Positions 57,245 through 64,000 of a DNA stretch of 64,000 nucleotides are shown here, one piece after another. Below the pieces are notes generated by a model, which was not told the DNA's origin, did no database searches, and saw nothing but the letters and a program-made list of their open reading frames with translations. Within the stretch, counting starts at the first letter, position 1; each line of letters begins with the position of its first letter. The position numbers and the translations under genes are program-made. The stretch is from Octopus vulgaris (Eukaryota): NCBI GenBank assembly GCA_951406725.2, contig OX597824.1, positions 57,784,001-57,848,000 of the forward strand. The letters are read 5' to 3'.

Positions 57245-58268
57245 CAGGTGTTGGACAAAATAATGGAAACACCTAGCATCATAGCTTCATAATTTTGAAA
57301 TATCTATAAAACCGTTAAAAGCTTGTTTATTTTTATGTATTTTGATTTATTATTAGTGTTGCTTAATATGTTTTGATAAAATTGTTGTTTCTTTTTCGAT
57401 ATCATTAGAAAAAGGTAATTAAAATACATTTAAATGACAGATCTATCGGATTTTCAAAGAGATGAAATTGTTGGTGCTCGTATGGCAGGCGCTAGCGTAA
57501 CGAAAACAGCCAAAATATTTGGTGTATCAAGTACTGTCTCGAAAGTAATGACAGCTTTTGAGAAAGGGAAAAACCTCCTCGTCGAAACAAAACTCCGGAA
57601 GAAAACCAAGACTTTCAGATAGGAATTGTTAGAAAGGATCACAAAAGTACAGCTCCCCAAATTACTTCAGAGCTTAATGACCACTCGAGAACCCAGTTTC
57701 CACAAAAACTGTTCGCCAGGAGCTGCACAAAGCTGGATTTCACGGGGGTGGGGCTACAATCAGAAAACCACTAATTTCAAAAAGAAACGTTGCAAAGCAT
57801 TTAGATGGCCCACCTTTGTTTCTGGTCTCTAGAGTAGTGGTAGAATGTTATTTTCTTGGACGAGTCATCTTTACCTTATTTCTGACCACCGGCCGAATAT
57901 ATGTGTGGAGACAGGTAAAAGAAGCATTTGACTCAGACTGCCTTCTTCCAGCTGTTAAACATGGAGGAGGATCTGTGATGATCTGGGGGTGCTATGTCTT
58001 GGAAATCCGCTGGCCCAATGGTTTCCATTCATGGCAAAATTAACAGTCAAGAATATTTAAGCATCAATTTCATCCTATGCTTGCGGAACTGTTTCCGGAG
58101 AGAAACGCAATCTTTCAGGATGATAATGAACTAATTTACACAGCTAAAGTTGTTACTGAATGGCACGAGGAACATTCTAGTGAAGCTGAACATCTTATCT
58201 GGCCACCAAAGACCGCAGATATCAATATTATTGAACATTTATGGTACATTTTAGGAAAAATAAGTAAG
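57245..58268 (+). mobile_element. Tc1 (DD34E) transposon, 3'-truncated and pseudogenised
   Basis: TA plus TIR caggtgttggacaaaataatggaaaca; MTDLSDFQRDEIVGAR, DES, VKHGGGSVMIWGC, FQDDN, WPPKTADINIIEHLW. Confidence 0.92.
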
Positions 58269-58269
58269 G

Positions 58270-58972
58270 AGTTTCGGTGACTCATATTTGTCCAACCATT
58301 GTGCTGAACGTTTTCGGTTGCTGTATTGGATCCATTTCTCATCACATGCTACAATTCAAAAATGATTCATTTTTGTAACCAGAAAGTAGCATAATTTAGG
58401 CTTCTAAACGTTGCTGTTTCTGATATTCATTGAGTTCATGTGGAACACACTCATCCAACTTATTCACTTTACCGAGTTGAACTAGGTGAGTCAATATTGT
58501 TTGCTTGCTAACACCAAACAACAACAATAATTCATGGGCACTTTGAGATGGATCTGACTCGACGGTGGCTTTGAGTTCGTCATTATCCATCTTTGTTTCT
58601 GGTCGACCACGTTGTTCATTTGTGAAGTCAAAGTTACCAGAACGAAATTTTGCAAACTAATTTGCTACTGTCTGCTGTGTAATAACATTACAAGGAAATA
58701 CTACATTAATATTCCAAGCTGTCTGTGATGCTGTATTTCCAAGAAAGAACTCATATTTCAAAACTGTACGAATTTCCAGCTTATCTATATCTAACAAAAT
58801 ATAGCAAAAAAACGATTTCTAAATACTTTATAAAGTGCAAAATGGGTTAGAATAAAGAAATAGATGTATTAACTTTCTAACAAAAAGTAAAGATTGTCAA
58901 AATATAATATTGACGCGAAATGAGCAGCTGTCAAGCTTTACCTTACTACAAATTTCATACTGGACGACCTAA
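58270..58972 (-). mobile_element. Mariner transposon, 5' half
   Basis: TIR ttaggtcgtccagtatgaaatt next to (TA)n; KFRSGNFD..GRP, DNDELKATVESDP, VPHELNE, CDEKWI. Confidence 0.88.
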
Positions 58973-59017
58973 TATATATATATGTATGTATAGACTTATG
59001 CTAATATATCTATGTAT

Positions 59018-59128
<111 letters not shown>

Positions 59129-59278
59129 TATAAGTATACATACACGCACATACATATATATAATATCTACAAATTTACTTACATATCCATCTACACACAC
59201 ACATGATTAACAAATTTGCATGCACCCACATATAAATACATAAATAGATATATAAATACACGTATACAAATTTACAAA

Positions 59279-59346
<68 letters not shown>

Positions 59347-59904
59347 TGTATATATGTAATATCCTCAAGTTTACATATATACCCACACACACACAACGCA
59401 CATAGTAATTCGTTATGAGATCTGTACAAGCTATAGGAAGTTATCTTATCATTCACTTTTCTTTATAAATGAAACAGCTGTAAGCCAATGGACGTCATTA
59501 CTTAACAGCCTTCGTGATTTATTAATTATCATTATGCCCTACTCTTATTATGTGGTTTATATAACAGTCTAAAGAGAGAATAATAGCTGTGTGTATGCGC
59601 ACGCCAATGAATTCACAGTATCTCACACCCTGATCTTATGAATGATATGCATTAAAATTATATTGATTTCTAACAACCGGCTATTAATCCTGGGAAGGCT
59701 AAGCATAATTATATTATAAACTGTGTTGGATTATGTGTTTATGCGTTCGATATTCATGTATATATATTATGCATAATATATACAAACATTTTAGAGGAAT
59801 ATATTAAATTTCGCCTGGCAAAATTAGGCAATCACTTCAAAGTCAGTCAAATTATTCCTTACATATATGTATGCATGTATTCTTTTATTTTTTAATTATT
59901 TTTT

Positions 59905-60325
<421 letters not shown>

Positions 60326-62315
60326 CCCATGGTGCCAGGCAGTGGGACGGAACCCAGAACTATGTAGTTGGCAAGCAAGCTACTTTATTTCATAAATTTT
60401 TTCATATAGACAGTACAAAGAATGTGTAGCTTTGCGGGCTGGACAAACACATTAATGAATGAAAATGAAATAAAATGAATAAATGAGAGACGAAACCCAA
60501 CGCCCGCCGATTAGATTTTTCTCGAAAACATATTTTCTTTTTTCTCAAACCTCTTACAAGAAGGAGGCACTAAAACCTCTAACTTAACATGTTTTTTTAA
60601 ACACACAACTGAGGTTATAAACCACTACAAATAATACAATAAGATGAAGTTTCAAACCCTCTAGCGAGACTTTTTCACCTCCTACTCATCGATATATTCA
60701 TTATTATCTTCAATGCCGCTTGAGTTCCTGTATTCCGCCATTTCCCATGCCTCACTCATGTAGGACATGTAAGTAGTGTAAGGGCCACCCGGCCATATGC
60801 GACACTCCTCCATCCAAATCCTTTAAGCCTTTCCCACAAGGGAAACCTTATGACCTTCACAGCTATCTGCGGAGGCCATTCGGGATACCGTATCTACTGT
60901 CTCTTTATGTTCTTCTATTTTTCCACCTCCCCACCCTTGTAGAAAAAGATAATTAATTCATCTTTAAGGGTGGGGGTGGTTTCTTCCACCGTGGGTGGCA
61001 CAACTTCGGGACATGCAGACAGCACATCATCTCCCCCTGCGATGACCCGTTCTTCTTTCTTTTTTCCTTTATTCCTCACTTCGGGCGAGTGGAGCTCTTC
61101 CGCTTTGTCCGGAGTCTCTCCCCCACCTCCCGAAGCCTTAGGGTCCTTCAGCAGGTAACTATTGTTGCTTGCCTTCTTCCTTTTTAATCCTTTTTGGGTT
61201 GAGGAGGCCTCAACCACATCCATCTCTCCCTTTGACCGGGTAGCGGAGGTGGCATCCAGTGACTGTTCCAAGACCTTACCATGCCACATTAAAAAAAAAC
61301 ATTTCGAAAAACCAGATATGTTGCGGCCGATGGGGTCCACAGGGTCAAAATCGCTTTTGACCCTTCCCAATCGACCGCCGGCAATACCCTTACATTTAAG
61401 AGCCTGGGCCCGCTATCCCCCAGTCTCCGTCGGATGGTATCTTCAATCCAACCCGCCTCGGTGCCCGGGGGCAACCCACATACCCAGGCTCTTATTAATT
61501 TTCTCTCGCAGTACGACGGGAGGAACAGAATTTTGTTGCCCTCTAAAGGCTGACTCGCAAATGTGCGAGCCTTTTCCCGGTTGTCAAAACAGCAACCATA
61601 TAGTTACATGTTTGACACCACAGGATATATATTTCACAGAGGACAAATAGTCTTTCAGTTCATTTTCTATAACTGGTTTTGGGAAGATGGTGATGGAATC
61701 AAGAACTTTAGAATAAGTTCTAACCACCATCGTCCTCTCCTCCATATCTTAGACGGGCTAATTTCCTACTCCAAGACAGAGTTCTTCTTTTTAAGTTCCT
61801 TCTCTGCCATGTCCAAAAAAACAGTTCAAAAGTTGTTCAAAGAACAGTCCGCCGAAAAATTAAAACCAAATAAAAATAGAAGTAAAACAAAATAAAAGAG
61901 AAGAAAAGGAAACTGAAATTAAAATAATGAAAAGAATGAACCAAAATTTAGAAAGAAAGAAAAAATGGAAGAAGGGAAAAATAAAATAAAAACCTCACAA
62001 ATAGAACAGACAGGGAATCCTTTGTATAATACTCCAACAAGTAATCCAATAATCGGGGTTATTCTTGAAGTACTCCAGTTCGGTAAAATTCCACTTTTTC
62101 TAGCGAGATACGCCCACTAGAATTTACAAATTATTTGGCTACAAAAGGCCACACCAAAGAATTTTCAAACAAAATTTCTCAATTCACCGTTATGGTGATT
62201 AGAACACAATATTTTTGCTCGCTATAGCGAGCCATAATTGACAATTTTCTTTATATTCTTTTTTCTATTCACGGAGCCAAAACTCACGTCTTCTCCCTGT
62301 TGCATTCTGAGTAAC
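60326..62315 (-). mobile_element. Possible internally deleted Tx1/L1-like LINE (ORF1 relic plus T-rich UTRs)
   Basis: GC-richer block translating to ..FLPSYCERKLIRAWVCGLPPGTEAGWI.., a degenerate KCF.CG knuckle and a low-complexity basic tail; 3' end with aataaa; no RT seen. Confidence 0.45.
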
Positions 62316-62394
62316 TGGAAGTAAGCAAGCTACTTACCACACAACGATTCCTGCGTTTCTGCCTGTCTGTCTGTCTCAGTCTGTCTCTCCCCCA

Positions 62395-62472
<78 letters not shown>

Positions 62473-62474
<2 letters not shown>

Positions 62475-63381
62475 TAAAAGTGAGCTTTAATCTTGCTTAC
62501 TTGCTTTCTTGCAATGTTACCCAACCAAACTGGCACATAATGGGAAAATACTATGAATTAAGTTTCCTTTGAAATGTGAATACGAACGGCAGAAAAAAAA
62601 GTTTGCATAAATCGGACCACAGGTTATTGAGATATTAGGGGTTTTCGTGGGGTATAAAACGGTGCATAATGGAAAAATTATTCGAAAATAGCCTAACCCT
62701 GAAAGGGAAGAAACCCTTACCTTTTGATTAGACACGGTGACTTGACAATGTAAAAATACGTTCTTTTTTTTTACAGTAAATGTTTCTATTTTCGATTTCG
62801 TTGCACACAATATTTTAATCATTTAAATATTTTAAAGTGAATGTGATTTCAAAAATGTAAGTTGTTTGTACAGTAAGTATTTATATTTAACTTTCTTTAG
62901 ACAGAGAATATTTTAATGTTTTTTAAATTATTCATCAATTGAATACCATTACAATATTTTTATTTTTTTGCATATCTAAAAAGTATTTCAAAATGAAAAT
63001 TACTTTAAAATACAGTAAATATTTCATAAAAGACCCGTTCGTGACCACGGCGTGAAATAATGTCTTTCATAGGGTTTTTCGAATGCATTCAACGTATCTC
63101 ACCTCCAAAGATTTGGCTGCTACTTCTTGCACATCCTGCTACCATGTGACAGCTATTTGCGATAAAGGACCCGAAATACCTGTTACGTGCAGGGCGTGCA
63201 AGGAATATCAGCCAAATCTTTCCTTTCCTGGGGAAAGGAGGCATTTACGCATGATTCCGGTGTCACATTCGTTGAAAGCATGTGAAATAACCTGGAAAAG
63301 AAAAAAGAACCCACGAAACATAACTCCGTTACTGGGAAACTCAGACATTCCCGGTGACCCACCAGGTCACGGGTAGTCTAG
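62473..63381 (+). mobile_element. Non-autonomous Helitron-like element (3' end clear, 5' end uncertain)
   Basis: Terminal hairpin cccggtgacc(cacca)ggtcacggg at 63349-63373, followed by tagtCTAG and then T. Confidence 0.65.
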
Positions 63382-63438
63382 TATATATATATATATATAT
63401 ATAGGTATGTATATATATATATATACATACCTATATAT

Positions 63439-63865
63439 AGGTGTAGGGCTAGCTGTGTGGTAAGTAGCTTGCTTACCAACCACATGGTTCCGAGTTCCGT
63501 CCCACTGCGTGCCACCTTGGTCAAGTGTCTTATACTATAGCCTCGGGCGGACCAAGACCTTGTGAGTAGATTTGAAAGAAGCCCGTCGTATATATATATA
63601 TATGTACATATATATATATATATATGTGTGTGTGAGTTTGTGTGTGTGTGTGTGTACATGTTTGTGTGTCTGTGTTTGTCCCCCCAACATTGCTTGACAA
63701 CCTATGTTGGTGTCTTTACGTCCCCGTAACTTAGCGGTTCGTCAAATAGACCGATAAAATAAGTAATAGGCTTACAAAGAATATGTCCTGGGGTAGATTT
63801 GCGCGACTCAAGGTGGTGCTCCAGCATGGTCTCAGTCAAATGACTGAAACAAATAAAAGGGTAAA
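63439..63865 (+). mobile_element. SINE family A, near full-length
   Basis: Head, body and tail match the consensus. Confidence 0.88.
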
Positions 63866-63937
63866 GATTATATACACACAGACGCATCGCTGTCGATAAA
63901 TAAAATATCAATCCAGGAAACCTGTCGATTCTTTCTC

Positions 63938-63979
<42 letters not shown>

Positions 63980-64000
63980 TTCCTTTATTTCTTTCTTTCT

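Noticed and set aside
61162-61650. 162-aa plus-strand ORF
   Set aside because: Antisense to the probable ORF1 relic in a GC-richer block; no independent support

Overview
This is AT-rich, microsatellite-saturated eukaryotic DNA. The repeat content (tRNA-headed SINEs with internal (TA)n/(TG)n, CR1-group, Hero and R4 LINE relics, mariner/Tc1, Penelope relics) suggests a cephalopod, Octopus-like intergenic or intronic region; that assignment is inference. I found no convincing host protein-coding gene, and most ORFs in the track are translations of (TA)n/(TG)n/(TACA)n. Recognisable elements: a full-length decayed mariner (38465-39721), a long Hero-type RLE non-LTR relic (about 28790-31865), CR1-group, R4/Dong, Tx1/L1-like and Penelope RT relics, Tc1 fragments, a Helitron 3' end, and many SINE copies from at least four families. 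The most interesting signal is a set of about 15 minimal type-I hammerhead ribozyme motifs from about 10 unrelated short repeat families, mostly embedded in (TA)n and often in inverted pairs, as expected for Penelope-like element termini. They include two motifs with an intact core (404-475, 3081-3173), variants with compensatory changes at the catalytic 3-8 pair (G3-C8 at 16234-16284; U3-A8 at 1688-1777), and a tRNA-headed SINE-like element carrying a hammerhead (40175-40813). The dominant SINE shares a covarying 3' hairpin with the local CR1-group LINE. All alignments and folds were done by eye and ends are approximate.
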